The notes: generated by a model from the letters alone, not told the origin. 64,000 nt of DNA from the human T2T-CHM13v2.0 reference genome, Homo sapiens (GCF_009914755.1 NC_060926.1); one strand, 5' to 3'; counted from the first letter of the stretch, positions 36,560 to 56,874 are shown. Numbers and translations are program-made.

Positions 36560-38500
36560 AAAACAAGTTTCAAGCAGAAACAAATCAACTGTCCAGAGAT
36601 CGCCACTTATACTGGTTAAAGTGTTAACTAGTTAAGCAAACAATTTGCCCCCCGCCCCGCCCCACCCACAGTTAAAGGGAAAGCTCTGTTAATCCAGAGA
36701 CTATTAATAAACATTTCTACGTCAAGAAAACACAAAATATACTCATGAATAGTGAGCTCAGCCAGACCATTTTGGTGTGAAACATGTGATTCCACTTTGC
36801 ACCCACGGTACAGTTGCAGATCCTGCTGCTGAGTAGCTCAGGGCGGTATATTATGCAGTGTTGACTGTTCCGGACATTTTGCTGTCATCAAAGTGAGTTA
36901 AACAAACTTTTCTGAAGCTGCAGTTCCACTCCCCGTCATCTCACCTCTCCCTTCCCCCAATCCCAAACGGACAGGACAGGCAAACCTGCCTTAGAAAGTC
37001 TTTGGCAGCCTGCCAGGGACTGATACAAGGAGGGAAAAAAGCTATAGTAAAATATTATTTAAATATATGTATCATGAAAGCTTTCAATAAAACAGGAAGT
37101 AATAGATCAAGTACATTCAAAGTATTTGCAAACTGCTTAATTGGGTAAGGGCAAGTCAAACTCTTCTGATCACAGCAACTTCCTTATTGTAAAGCCCACT
37201 TCAGTGATACTGAAGTTAATCCCAAGTCCTGTAACAGGAAACGCATCCTTATTAAAGTAACATTAAGTGCTCCTTTTTTATTGATCTTTCCCTTCAGCTT
37301 AATGATAGAAACTTACTGATGTTTTAATAATAACCTCACAAGCTTTATCTCATTTTACTTTGCCTTGCTACTAAAAGATGCAGTGGAAACTAACTTAGCA
37401 TAAACATTTTGCAGATGTCTTTAAAGGCCAGAGGGAGGTGAAAAAAAAAAGATTCAATTGAGCTGCATGTTAACAAAGATGGCTGAAAAACTAAAAGATA
37501 AAAGGGAGGCTCCAGTGTGAACATCAAAGAATTGTTAATGACAAGAAATACCATTAGGGTTAGCATCTCTTTTGTTTCAACCCTTTCACACCTGCAGTGT
37601 GTGGTGAGCTAAGCCTTTGTTCCAAAATCTGAATTACCTCCATTAGCATTTATAGAAAAATGGTTGCAAAACAACAGAAATGTACTTTTGATTCTCCCCC
37701 TTTGCTTGAAAAGTCAGAAATTAGCTAGGTATCTGTGGGTTTCCTTCTAGTTACTGGGTGTAACTATAGAGACTATAGAGGTGGAAGGTAATAGGTTGCA
37801 AATGAGTTTGGTTGAAATGTGAGAATAGCTTTGTAACTGAAAAACAGAAGTAATACCAGCAATGTGGAGAAGCTCACATAAGAAGCTCAGACATTAGCAA
37901 TAGCAAAATCAGAGCGTGAAATTCAGATTAGCCCTCCCCAGGCTGTGAGAGGAAGGGGGTATTGCAAGACTTGGCATGGCTAAAGGTGTAACCTGTTTTA
38001 TTTGGCCCCTGAAAAATTTTAACAGATGGTGGGACCAGCTGTCTTTTTCAGCCATTTAATAAACTCTTCGGTGGTAACAGTTTGGAAAGTGGGGGTTTTT
38101 CGTTTTAGGCCAGAGGAGAAAATAAAGAAATCTGTCCTAAATTGTCTTTGCCAAGTAGTAAAGCCTGGAAACATTTTGAAAAGTTAAAGACCAAAAAAAA
38201 AAAAAAAATCTAACAGACTATACAGTTGTCATTATATTTTTTAAGAGAGCAGCAATAAAAACAAATCTGCCAAATAAGATGACTAAATACTGGCCAAATG
38301 CATTTTGTATCAATCTTCTAATCTGGGTTTTAAATTTTGGTCTTTTAAAAAGAGATGCCTGGTTATCCTGTTTAAGGCTTATTGGCAAATTAACAGCACT
38401 TTAAGGCAACTATCCACAGCAGCACAAAAAGAAGCAAACTAAACATTTATTACAAGTTAGTACTCATAAGATAAATACTTACTCATAATGAAGGGGTGAA
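36560..38500. promoter_or_regulatory. Candidate distal enhancer in an Alu-free island
   Basis: GC boxes 36647-36667; FOX/SOX-like AAGCAAACAAT at 36634; TCF/LEF-like CATCAAAG 36886, AACAAAG 37472, ACATCAAAG 37521; motif inference only. Confidence 0.3.
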
Positions 38501-39138
38501 TTCCCTCCAATTTACATAATTAGTCTAAAATGGCATAGAACCCTCCTAATCATGTCATGTAAATTACAGAATCCAGGCCAGACCTCAGGGAATGTGGAAA
38601 ATGCTCATGTCAACTTATTTTCAGAACAGGATCTAAGAGATTTTGCAATTTTGTAAAATTGGGCATTTTTCCCCACCAATAAAATGGCAACTCTCAATTA
38701 CGAGAGAAAGAGTTTACTTACAAAGATTCTCTCCAATGGCTACAAACACAACTCCTCTTTTTGCAAGTGTTCATGATTCCTGGCTGAGCAACAGCTACTT
38801 CCATGTGACAAAGCTTTGTTTGGCCCACAGGCCTATTATGGATACCAGATCTATATTGTCCCAAGTAAATTGCAACAGTAAAATGCAAACTCTTTTTAGG
38901 AGAGATTCAGACACCTCAGCCATTTGCAGCTTTCATTATGTGTAGTAAATCTCTTTTACTTAGATTCCAGCTTGCTTGCTTTCTGGACTGCTAGTGATGT
39001 TTGCTTCTAAAACAATTAGTAAAGTGTAGCTGGTTGAAGAAAGCATAATGAATAATCCTACCTGGAATAAGTTATACAGTCATCAAGCTAGTTACCAGAA
39101 TTCCCAGAATGCCATTTCTAATTCCCCGACTGCCATGA

Positions 39139-39471
<333 letters not shown>

Positions 39472-40038
39472 AGGAACACTTTCTCTAGTCTGTAACACCA
39501 GCTATCATTCATGCAACACATTCTTACTGAGCACTTACTATGCTTCAAGCACTGGGTCAGCAGCTGAAATATCACGGTGACCAAGACAAACAAGATCCCT
39601 GCTCTCTTGGAGCTTACACGGCCTCACGTCTTCACTGGATAAGGAATGAGAGAAAAGAGAAAGGCCATAAACATAAAGCCCTTCACAGCAGAATGTTTAG
39701 GATCGATCTATGCAACTTCAAAACTATCTAAATGACACAGATGAGTTTGACAACTAAATGTGGGGGAAGGGGACTTGCCCTCACTTCAGGAGGAGCAATG
39801 GAAGAGATTGCAAGTTCATCTTAGCAACGCTTAGCAAAGCACCTGGCTTTTTTATTGTAACATTTTTGTTTTCCAGTCACTGGTTTCAAACAGATGTCAC
39901 AAGCCTCTCACTAGAAAGTATGATCATCTAGAAATTATATAAATCTAGAAATTGTATGCATTTCCTTACATATTACAAAGTGCTTTACTAAATTTTGGGA
40001 ATAGTTTCAAGGGGGAAAAATAAAGAAATGGAGCCTTA

Positions 40039-40240
<202 letters not shown>

Positions 40241-40396
40241 TAGAAGCATTAACACTGAGTAAAAGCCAGATTGATCTTGTGGCTAGAAGGCAGATACTTG
40301 CAACTATTTCTAGTCCCTACCTCCAAAACTTCAACACCTTTATGTCTATATGAACCAATGCGGGTACCAAAGTCATTTAAAGACTGACAGCATAGT

Positions 40397-41117
<721 letters not shown>

Positions 41118-41464
41118 TCAACTAAACCTGTGCTGGAAAATTTATCTGTTTCCCTGTAGGGTATTAACCTTTTATTTTTCTTTCAATATCATCAATCAAC
41201 AGGTCATCTGGGCTTAGTGAACATGGGATTCAGGACTAGTTGCCAGCTTTAATGTTTTCAGGTCAACAAAGTTAGGATCCCTGTCTGTCTGCAAGGCAAG
41301 TGCTCTAGAAGTTGCTGCCTTGGCCAAGGTCTTAGATACCTATGTATAGGACACTGTCTGCTGTGGCTGGCCATGTCACCTTCACAGTGCCAGGCAGGTC
41401 ACCAGCAGTGGTCACGGCCCAAGCAGCAACTAGTAGAGTAGCCCACAGAACGGCAGCAACCCCT

Positions 41465-41791
41465 GGCCGGGCACCGTGGCTCACATCTGTAATCCCAGCA
41501 CTTTGGGAGGCAGAGGCAGGCGGATCACCTGAGGTCAGGAGTTCAAGACCAGCCTGGCCAACATGGAGAAACCCCGTCTCTACTAAAAATACAAAATTAG
41601 CTCGGTGTGGTGGCAAATGCCCGTAATCCCAACTATTCGGGAGGCTGAGGCAGGAGAATAGCTTGAACCCTGGAGGAGAAGGCAAAGGTTGCGGTGAGTC
41701 GAGACCGCGCCATTGCACTCCAGGCTGGGCAACAAGATCAAAACTCTGTCTCAAAAAAATAAAAAAAAAAAGAGAGAAAAAGAAAAGAAAA
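41465..41791 (+). mobile_element. AluSp/Sq-like
   Basis: TSD gcagcaa(c/t)ccct. Confidence 0.95.
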
Positions 41792-42727
41792 GCAGCAATC
41801 CCTAAGAATAATCTCAATGACACCTAAGTAGCAATCTGATAACAGACTAAGTTCACATATTTGCCCTGTCCCTAATGTCTCGCATAAATAAATGCTATAT
41901 TTGACATCAATTTTTTTTTTTTTTTTTTTTTTTACTAAAAAGTCTCTTCTGAGATGGTAAACTGTAACATTCCTAGCAAAGACAAAAGCAATATTTTACT
42001 CTAATGGAAAGCAGGAATGACGAAATAATAAAGCCCATTAAAAGATGGTAAATAAATATTGGCTATAAATTTCCTTAGGATTGTTGAAAAATATCATTAA
42101 TTTCAGAACTCTCTAAATATCCAGGAAACTGCAATTTAGACAACAGTGCAAGAACCCTTTATATTTATATTAGGCATTTTGTAATAGGTTAAATTCTTTG
42201 CTTAAATTATATAATCAGTAACAGTTGAATTCTTAACATTTAAAGGAACGGTTTAAGAAATTAGTAGTACATGTGAAAATTAAAGTGTTTCCAGTTTCAT
42301 TGCTATAATTATAAAAATTCAAAAGGGATTGAGTACTTGACAAAATAACTCTTAATTTTACTAACATTGTTCAAAACACATTTATTGAATATTTGCTATG
42401 TGCCAGGTACCATTTATCTGGTACAAAGAGCCCCAGAAAAACACTAAAAGTGACAGGGAAGGAAAAAAAGAAAAAAGGAGGGGGGAAAATCAAGAAAGAA
42501 AGAGGATATTTACTGCTCAATGTTAAAACACACTATAAAATTACAAAAATAAGAGCATTTTGCTGGCACCAGAATAGACAGAGAAATAGAACAGCAAAGA
42601 TATGAAATAAACACAAGTATATCTTCATATTTCTTATGATACAAGTGAAATTTCAAATCAGTCCAGAATAATTCAATACATGGCATTGAAAAAAATTAAA
42701 CTTTCAAAAAAAATACAGTTCAGTCCT

Positions 42728-43203
42728 TGTCAAAAACTGTGAGGGCCTCGGGCTTTTTACCTACTTGCAAACTACCAAGTTAGCCTGCTGTAGTTTCATG
42801 GATATTGGCAGAAGGTACAAGACTTTTGGGTCAGAGACAAAATGGCAGTAGCAGCAGCCTGGAGGTCAACGTTTACACCGGCTCCCTGAGCCCCCATTTC
42901 CCACAGGGTGATGTGAAGAGGGCCACATGCTGCCTGCAGGCAGTGGGGTGGATTACAGGAGAGGAATCCCAAGCTGAAGGAGCTATGCTCTTTTGTAATG
43001 GGCAGTATGCCTGCTTGATCTTTGCCACTGATCTTTATTACATGCATAAGCCACCAACCTGCTCTCTGCTCCTAAGAGGAAACCATCTCTGTTTTCCAAG
43101 GCTGTTCACTATACACACTCTGAAAAGATAGTTGAGGTCGAAGCAGTGCCTTCGCTCAGAAAACATGCAGCAACACCAGAGACATGGAGAATTGTCCCCC
43201 GCA
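42728..43203 (-). mobile_element. Solo LTR40-like (ERVL) LTR
   Basis: Ends tgtcaaaaactgtgagggc...aagttagcctgc...gtttcatgga and catggagaattgtcccccgca, giving TG...CA termini. Confidence 0.75.
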
Positions 43204-43277
43204 ATGGCCATTAACTAGTGCTTTATTTTAAAAGAATTCTAGATAGATTAAAGAAAGAGTTGAATATAAGAAGAACA

Positions 43278-43380
43278 GGGTGCATGGGCCTGTAATCCCA
43301 GCTATTTAGGAGGCTGAGACAGGAGGATTGCTAGAGTCCAGGAATTCAAGACTAGCCTGGGCAACATAGTGAAACCCTGA
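43278..43380 (+). mobile_element. FLAM/AluJ monomer
   Basis: cctgtaatcccagctatttaggaggctgag...gcctgggcaacatagtgaaaccc. Confidence 0.8.
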
Positions 43381-43560
43381 GAAAGAAAAGAAAAAGAAAG
43401 AAAAGAGAGAGGAGAGGAGAGGAGAGGGGAGGGGAGGGGAGGGGAGGAAAGAGGGAGGGGAGGAAAGAAGGAGGGGAAGAAAGAAGGAGGGGAGGGGAGG
43501 GAAGGAGAGAGGAGGGAAGGCGAGGTGAGGCGGGGCGGGGCGGGGCGGGGCGGGGCGAGG
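43381..43560. repeat. Polypurine low-complexity tract ending in (CGGGG)5
   Basis: GAAAA > GGAGA > GGGGA > GGGGC pentamer series. Confidence 0.9.
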
Positions 43561-43730
43561 CAATAGAAAAACTAGGAGAAAATGTATATGAACGTATCCA
43601 TGCTTCTCAGGCAGGGAGACCTTTCTAAGCATAACATCAAAGACAACTTAAAGGGAAAAATCATAATGTATTTTACTACATAAAAATTTAAAACCTGCTC
43701 ATGTCAAAGACACCATAAAATAAATTGCAC

Positions 43731-43915
43731 TGAGGGAATGGAGTTATTGTTTAATGTGTACTGAGTTTCAGTTTGGAAAGATGAAAAAGTTTTGGAAATG
43801 GGTATCAGTGATGATTTCCCAACAATGTTAATATATTTAATGTCACTGAATTGTACACTTAAAAATGTTTAAAATGATAAATGCTATACATATTTTACAA
43901 TAAAAATGTTGTAAA
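43731..43915 (+). mobile_element. L1MB-like 3' end inside older L1M
   Basis: gagttattgtttaatgtgtactgagtttcagtttggaaagatgaaaaagtt; flanked by taaattgcac on both sides. Confidence 0.75.
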
Positions 43916-44095
43916 ATATTAAATTGCACCAATAAGCTGGAAAGAAAATTTGTTCATAGGATAAAGACTAATAGCCCTACTATTTTTTTATTCAACGAAT
44001 ATGTATTGACTGCTATGATGCATTAGGAACATGATGGAAATCAAGACATCATGGTCTTGCCTTCAAGGACAATAATGAGCTTCTACAAGCTATTA

Positions 44096-44663
<568 letters not shown>

Positions 44664-45024
44664 GTGTTCAACCTCACTAGTAGTAAAATAGAAATTACAA
44701 ACAAAATACCATTTTACTTTCAGAATAGCAGTTTTTTCCTTAAAGTGCTCAGTGTTGGTGAGGATACCGGGAAATGGGTACTACCCAAGTCAGCTGAAGT
44801 TCATGAATCAGCATGAAGTTCCTGGCCTGCACCCAGAGTGAATACATCAGAAACCTGAAAACCATGCTTACTTCTTGCCCAGTTATTCCCTAATAGGAAG
44901 GCATCCTAGGAGAATGGTCTGAGATACATACAAAATGTTCTTTGCAGCACTGTATATAATACCAAAAAAACAAACAAACAAACAAACACTGGAAACAATT
45001 TAAATATTCAAAGTAGGGCATTAA

Positions 45025-45389
<365 letters not shown>

Positions 45390-45559
45390 GGAATAATGTC
45401 CTTAAATTGGCTCAAAAAGGTAGAAAAAGAAGCCTGGCTATTAAAAAAAATACAAAACGACACTATTTTTATTTTTCAATTAAGCCTAAGTAGCCATGAA
45501 AATATTAAAGAGTTATACTAGAAAGTTGGCAATGTTTGTCTTTGTGCATTGACCATTTA

Positions 45560-45988
<429 letters not shown>

Positions 45989-46114
45989 TTAAGCAAGTTA
46001 AAACCTCCACATAATCTTCCAGAAGACAGATTTATAAAACAGAATAGCAGTTTATTGTCAGTAGGAAAATCTAAGCAAACTCTGAGAAGATCAAGCTAAG
46101 ATGACTGGGGAGGT

Positions 46115-46418
46115 CGCCGGGCGTGGTGGCTCACGCCTGTAATCCCAGGACTTTGGGAGGCTGAGGCAGGTGGATCACCTGAGGTCGGGGGTTCGAGACC
46201 AGCCTGACCAACATGGAGAAACCCGGTCGCTACTAAAAATACAAAATTAGCCGGGCATGGTGATGCATGTCTGTAATCCCAGCTACTTGGGAGGGTGAGG
46301 CAGGAGAATCGCTTGAACCCAGGAGGCGGAAGTTGCGGTGAGCAGAGATAGCATTATTGTACTTCAGCCTGGACAACAAGAGCGAAACTCCATCTCCAAA
46401 AAAAAAAAAAAAAGAAAA
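46115..46418 (+). mobile_element. AluSp
   Basis: TSD aagatgactggggagg. Confidence 0.95.
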
Positions 46419-46520
46419 GATGACTGGGGAGGATGAGGTCAATAGAGGAGCTGTAGGCACATTTCTCAAAGTGCTGGGTGAGAACCCCTGCATGACAACC
46501 ACACAAGCCAAGTCAAGTGC

Positions 46521-46557
46521 CTTGTGGCTACATGAAAGGAAGTTGGGGGTATGAGTC
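46521..46557 (+). repeat. Left arm of a perfect 37-bp inverted repeat
   Basis: cttgtggctacatgaaaggaagttgggggtatgagtc is the reverse complement of 47935-47971. Confidence 0.95.
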
Positions 46558-47134
46558 TCCAAGGTAGGGCCTGGGAGTCTGCATGGAGACACACTCTCCA
46601 AGGAGGGGGCTGTTGCAAGGGAGAGGGTGTGGAGTGACAAAGTCCTCATGTATCAGCTCCGTCACCTAGTCTCCTACAAGGCAGGACAGGTTGTCTCAGG
46701 CCAGCTGAACACCATTTTCTCATGACTGACAAATGCTTCTTCATTCAAGTTTGTTTCCAATATTTTACCTTCAGCACCATGATCATCTGACCTTACAACA
46801 TTGTTTCAGAGAACAGGAAACACCAATAATTAAAATACTGCTAATCCCGAATGAGTCACCTGTTTAGCTGAGAGTTGGGAGAAACATCAGTCCCGTCAGT
46901 CACATTTGCCAATCATTTACGAGAATAGTTGGAGAGATTTCCGAAGATGCAACATTCATACATGCAAAACTTCATCCATACTTATGTTATTTCCAATTCA
47001 GGGAGACAGATTTCCTTCTTAGGCTCCTAATTTTGGAGATACACTCTACTTAGGGTCTGAAAATCTCTATATATTAATAAAAATCAACACTTTAAATCTG
47101 AACTCCTCATAGAAAACAAGAAGAAGATAATTTA

Positions 47135-47445
<311 letters not shown>

Positions 47446-47934
47446 GATAAAAATAAATCCTTTCTTTACCAGCACTCTTTGATTAAAATAAAAACTTCTA
47501 AAGAAAAGGTAATGTCCATGGCACTGATTTATTTCATTTCTGACAGCAGAATTCAGGGCCTAAAACTTTGCATTAATTACATTATTCTTTTCATAATACA
47601 AGCGATGCATCTGATTCTTTGAAACAGTTGTGGCCAGATGGAAGTATTGTGTGAATATGACAGCAGCTATGCAAGTTGTTGGATTGACTGCTCTGGGGAC
47701 CAGAACTTGAGATTTCTCTGCAAAACAGAGCATAAGCAAAAGTGAAGGTTTTAACTCTAGGCGCCCACTCTCTGTCACTGAGCCTCAGCCCTGTCCTGCT
47801 GAGGCCACCAGCTCCAGGTGGAAGAGCAATTTGGTCTCCTCTCGACTTAATCCTCTCCTGTCTGTGGAGGCCTCACCAAGGGTGCCAATTCTAAAGATGG
47901 CACTGAGTTTCAAACACCTGTCCACTAGGAACTG

Positions 47935-47971
47935 GACTCATACCCCCAACTTCCTTTCATGTAGCCACAAG
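47935..47971 (-). repeat. Right arm of a perfect 37-bp inverted repeat
   Basis: gactcatacccccaacttcctttcatgtagccacaag. Confidence 0.95.
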
Positions 47972-48234
47972 ACAGACATCAGATGGTGACGACTTCTGGT
48001 CCCGCCTGAGCAGATCAGTTACACGGTGTCCAATAGCTCCCTGCTACAGCGTCACTATTTTCTGGATATTTATCTGGCTGTGGAATTTTAAATCTAGACT
48101 AAAATAGCACGCAAAATCTTCAGCGAGCCTTGCCAGAATCATAGGCAACATGACTCCGCTTTCCTTCTATTTGATTCCCACAGCATTCCTTTATGCTCAT
48201 TGTATTTTTTGTGCATTTTAAAAATGTAATTGAC

Positions 48235-48460
48235 ATTAATTTTGTGCATTGCTCTAAGTCCTTTACATTTAGGAACTGTTTTAATCCTCATAACCCTATA
48301 GGGTAGATATTGTGATTATGCCTATTTTGTAGATGAGAAAATAAGGCACAGAGAGAGAGGTTAAGTGTCCAAAGTCACAAAGTAGGAAGTGCAGGGGCTG
48401 GGAATCACCCCCAGGGAGTCTGCCTCCAGAACCTGTGCCTAAGGTATAACACCAACTGTC
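48235..48460 (-). mobile_element. MIR
   Basis: tttaatcctcataaccctatagggtagatatt...attttgtagatgagaaaataaggcacagaga...gtctgcctccaga. Confidence 0.8.
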
Positions 48461-48819
48461 CACATTTTGCATATCACTAAAGCTAGGTGCAGAGAGGTTA
48501 TGGCACTCACGCCGCGTGACCTTGCCTCTGCCAGCTGAAGCCCAGACTTGCTCGGCTCCTACCACCTTAGTGAGGCCTGTGGTGGTAACCTTGTGCACGT
48601 CCTCCCAGGCTGTATAGTGTTTCCCTCCGAGTGCTCACTGTCAACCTGACAGCTGGAAGCCCCTAGCAGGGAGAAGTCAGTGACCACTCCAGGCTCTGCC
48701 TTCTGCTCAGGCTTCCTTAGCCTCCACTGACCTGAGTAAGGAGCAAACCAGGACTTTCTCAGGGAACTCACTGGAAGTGAAATCCTCTCCTGCCACACAC
48801 ACTAACGGGACCCTGGGGT

Positions 48820-49100
48820 CATTCATTTGTTCATCCATTCATCATCTGTTTAATGAGGACCTACTATCAAGCACTATGCTAAGCACCAGATAAAATGTGA
48901 GCAAGACACACATCCCTGCCCCCAAGGAGCCCACAGTGCACATATAGATGGAGACAGACACAAAAAGAGGCAACTTCAATATCCAGGAGGAAGTGTCATA
49001 AAAGGAACAGCCACACTAGGGTGTTGTGGAGCACAGCAAAGGGGCTAAAACCAACAGAAGTTTCTCAGGAGGAAGTGGCGTCCACCCTCAGACTTCAGCC
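48820..49100 (-). mobile_element. L2 3' fragment
   Basis: cattcatttgttcatccattcatc...tgaggacctactatcaagcactatgctaagc...ccctgcccccaaggagcccacagt. Confidence 0.75.
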
Positions 49101-49295
49101 CCTTCAAAGTTTCATGATATACGAGTTAATGAAAGCTTGCACGTAGAACCCCAGGTGATTATTGCAATAGCCACTGAGGAGTTTTAGGCCAGGAATCAAC
49201 AAGACATAAGTTCAGTTTCCAACACAATAATAAGCACTAGCACTTACTGAGCTGTGTTCTAAGTATCTATGTGCGTTATATTCACTGCATGCTCA

Positions 49296-49676
<381 letters not shown>

Positions 49677-49849
49677 TTATTTACTCTGATACACTCCCTG
49701 CCACACAGCACAAGCTCACACAAGGGATTTAAAAAATGTTTGGGACATTTGGTATTCAAATATCTACGTTTTCACTTCCCCACCTAGTCCAAGGGTTCTT
49801 AGCCCTGCTTCTCATTGGAATCACCGGAGAAGCTTTCAAAAAAATGAAA

Positions 49850-51270
<1,421 letters not shown>

Positions 51271-51725
51271 TTTAAAAAGCCCATGCCTGAGCCTCACAGA
51301 TTCTGATTTAATTAGTGTGGGTGGGGCCTGGGTGGCATTAGGTTTGAAAAGCTCCCCAAATAATTCTCACCTACAGCCAGAGTTAAGCACCCCTGTGGGA
51401 ATCCCTAAAGATGGAGACACTCTTTTGAGTTGAGATGTTGTCTTCAAAAGCCTCTGATAGAATGCACGAGGCCGTTTATGAGGTTCCTAGCTGTCACCTG
51501 GCAGAGGACAGACCACTGAGAGGCCGGGACCCCAGACATATCCACATTACTTACGGGGGTTGGGGACCGTGGGGGGTGTCCTACAGCAGGAGGTGTGATC
51601 AGCAATCAGCAGCGTCAATCCTCAATGTGCTGGTTTGGCCGTGCTCCCTGCTGGTGTTGCCTGCGGAAGTCAGAGCCCAGATGCCCACAGAGGGATCCCA
51701 GCTCCTGCATTAAGACCTTTTTCCC

Positions 51726-52006
51726 GCTGGATGTGATGGTTCATGCCTGTAATCCCAGCACTTTGGGAGACCAAGGCGGGCTGATCACTTGAGGTTGGGA
51801 GTTGGAGACCAGCCTGACCAACATGGAAAAACCCCGTCTCTACTAAAAATACAAAATTAGCCGGGCGTGGTGGCGCATGCCTGTAATCCCAGCTACTCAG
51901 GAGACTGAGGCAGGAGAGTCGCTTGAACCCCATGAGGTGGAGGTTGCGGTGAGCTGAGATGGCACCATTGCACTCCAGCCTGGGCAACAAGAGCAAAACT
52001 CCGTCT

Positions 52007-52038
<32 letters not shown>
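51726..52038 (+). mobile_element. AluSp-like
   Basis: TSD aagaccttt(t/c)tccc. Confidence 0.95.
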
Positions 52039-52040
<2 letters not shown>

Positions 52041-53621
52041 CCTTTCTCCCCCTCCTGGAAGCCCTAGTCACCAGGTCCAGTTTCAGGGCCTTTTCTATTT
52101 ACTCTCTTACCATAGCCTCGTAGAAAGGGTCGCTGAGTCCCAGATGGCCAACACTGATTTGCTGGGTGATAAGCCGTCTCCAGAACAGTCTCATGCACAA
52201 AGGTACCACCTTGTACCCCATGTATGTGAACGTTTTCAAAGGGGTTATTCAATTGGTATTAAGAGCAGGTCAAGAAATCCACCGCTGATTCTTGGCAGCC
52301 GGCAGCTCAGGTTTCTGCTGGAAGTCTCCAAGAGCTCCAAAAGAGTCTCAAATCAAGGAGGGAAATAGACATTTGGTGTCTGAAGCCCCCAGCTTCCCTG
52401 AGACTGCTCATCAGATGGAAGCCACGTGTGCTCCCACGTTAGCAGAGTGGCCACCCACGGAGCTGCCTGGGCAGCTGCAGAGCAGCCCTGGAATGAATGT
52501 TCTGGTCGCTGCATCTGGGTGAGTGGCAGACTTCCTGGCTGCCTCTTTTTCTTTTTTTATAGCCTCTTGGCTGCCAGTGTGCAGAGATGTTCTGGCAGCT
52601 GGGGACCCTGCTTGGGGTCAGGGTCCTGATGAGTGGCTTTGTTCTCTTAAACACTATTGTTGTCTGACTCACCTATTACTGTGAATAACTTGCTAATTTT
52701 GGCCAAAAAAAAAAAAAACAAGTTCTTAGACAATCTGCAGTAATGTGTCTTTTTATGTCGGTCAGGGGAGTATTTTCCTGCCTCCTCTTTGATATGGAAA
52801 TGAGGCTGATAAGTTCATAGGCAGCCAGGAGCTGAACAGAGGAAAGAAAATTGTGTCCGTCATAAAGGTGGCTTCTGCTCTCTTCTGCAAGTCTCTGAAG
52901 AATTAGTTCTCAGAAAACGAAGTCTCTCAAAATAACTGAACATCCAATTAAGGTTTCCATGGGTGTGTGTGAGTACATTCTGGGTGTCTATAAAACATAC
53001 ATATTATGTGTTGCCTGATACTGCTATTCATGAATCATCTGAGACAAAGCTTCCTTGTTAAAGAAACTAACTGGGTTAAGAAAATAAAATCATCATAAAT
53101 CATGCAAATCTAATCTATGGATTCACATTCATATTGTCTGGCCACAGCAGGTCTGCCACCCAGGCCTACCACCACTGCAGACAAATGAGGCTGAGATCAA
53201 GCCACAGTGCAGTTGTCTTTGATTTGGCTTCCCCCGTGGTTCTCTCCTGCATGAATACAGTAGCTCCCTTTTTAGCCATCCAGCAACCCACCTGTTCCGC
53301 TCACTCTCCTTCCCAGAAGTTTCTGATAAAATCACTTACACTTGTTGAAGGTTGGTTGATTATACTCTAAAGGGCCAGAGTGCCAATCAATCTGTTAACT
53401 CAGCAAGGCATGTGTAATTTAAGACTTCTCTCCACTGCCTGAAAGCCACTGTCCTACTTTGAGGTATTTCAAGCATCAGTGGACGGGTAGGAGTGGGGGA
53501 CACTAGAGAATTCCATGCTTTTTCACTAAACTTAGCTTATTGAAGGAGGTGGGCCTGAAGTAAATAGGATTTAGCTGCTATAGGGCAAGAGTAATTTTTA
53601 TTCACTAGCACTTAAAAAGAT

Positions 53622-53930
<309 letters not shown>

Positions 53931-54330
53931 TAAAGCCTGGGTCTTCCACCGTCGCTAAGTTCCCGTCCTTCCCTCCTCTCCTGATTTTCTCTCCCTTTAA
54001 CTTCTCCCTTCCCCATATCAGTCTTTCCTCTACCCCCGTCCCCTCCTTATATTCTAACCCCTCCCCTGGCTCGCTGCCCCACATCCCCAGGTGCACATTG
54101 TGTTGTCCTGCACAACCAAGGCTATTTTCCCTTCTCTCTAATGCTATTTTAAACCCTGTAATCTTTCTTTTTGGATTACCTGTAGTGCAGCCCCTCATCT
54201 CCTGGTGTGGCAGAAAAAGTACTTGCTCTGAATGTCCTCAGACCCTGGCTTCTGACCGAGGCATCTACACTAACCTGCGGGGTGGCTTTCTATGAGTAAC
54301 TTCTCTGGCCCTCAAATTGCATTTCCATGT

Positions 54331-54416
54331 CTATCTCTAGCCTAAAATGTTATAATCTTATCTACCTTCCAGGCCTATCTCTAACCTAAAATGTTATAAT
54401 CTTATCTACCTCCAGG
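54331..54416. repeat. Tandem duplication, period ~44 bp, two copies
   Basis: ctatctcta(g/a)cctaaaatgttataatcttatctacct(t)ccagg x2. Confidence 0.9.
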
Positions 54417-54431
54417 AGCAAGGTTTCTTTA

Positions 54432-55160
<729 letters not shown>

Positions 55161-55180
55161 TTTTAAAGGGGAAAAAAACT

Positions 55181-55498
<318 letters not shown>

Positions 55499-56063
55499 TC
55501 ACATATAAGGAAAAATAATGTTATTACTGTATTGTTGGAATCCAGAAAGAAAAGCAGGCAGGAAGAAAATGTGTCCCTTATTTCACAGGTGACGAAAATG
55601 CATTGTCAGGAGCCTTGCTAGGGTCACACATCTCTGCCTGTAGGCTCACACAGAGCGCTGAACTTCTTACTAGTTTGTCATCAAAAACAGGAAAGTTAAA
55701 GCCTCTATGGTTTCTTGTACAGCTTTTAGAAGAAAACAATGTTAACTCTTCATGCTATGCCAAGAGAGCACAGCAACATACATGTTTGTCAACTATTAAT
55801 TAGGTTAGTAGAAAATAAAATACACAGGTGTTTTATATGGTTCTCCCTTTTAGATCTAAATGTAAGCCATCATATTCTTAAGCTGTTGAGGTCTGAAGAG
55901 TGATATTGCTCTTGTGGCTAATTATGTGGAAAGTTATTAACACCCCCTCCTGGTCCTGGGGTGTGCGTCCAGGGCACCACTCACTTGGCAGAGACTCCCT
56001 GGTAAAGAAAGAGACGGTGGCCTCACCCTCAGCAAGCACTGGGGATGGGAGGAGGGTGGCTGA

Positions 56064-56670
<607 letters not shown>

Positions 56671-56874
56671 TAAAGTGACAGCTAAGTTAGGAGAGAGGCC
56701 CAAAGGTATCCAAAAGTCATGAAATCCAAAACCAAAGAGCAGTGCCCTGATTTTCGGCATCTATTCCAGATAAATTCCCATTTATTACTGTTAGATAAAA
56801 GTAAGGTTACTGAGTAACTGAAAAGGGGCTTCTGTTACAGAGGCCAGGTTTTTATATTTAAAACAGAACGTTTA

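Noticed and set aside
42805-43131. 108-aa ORF
   Set aside because: Lies wholly within the LTR40-like solo LTR
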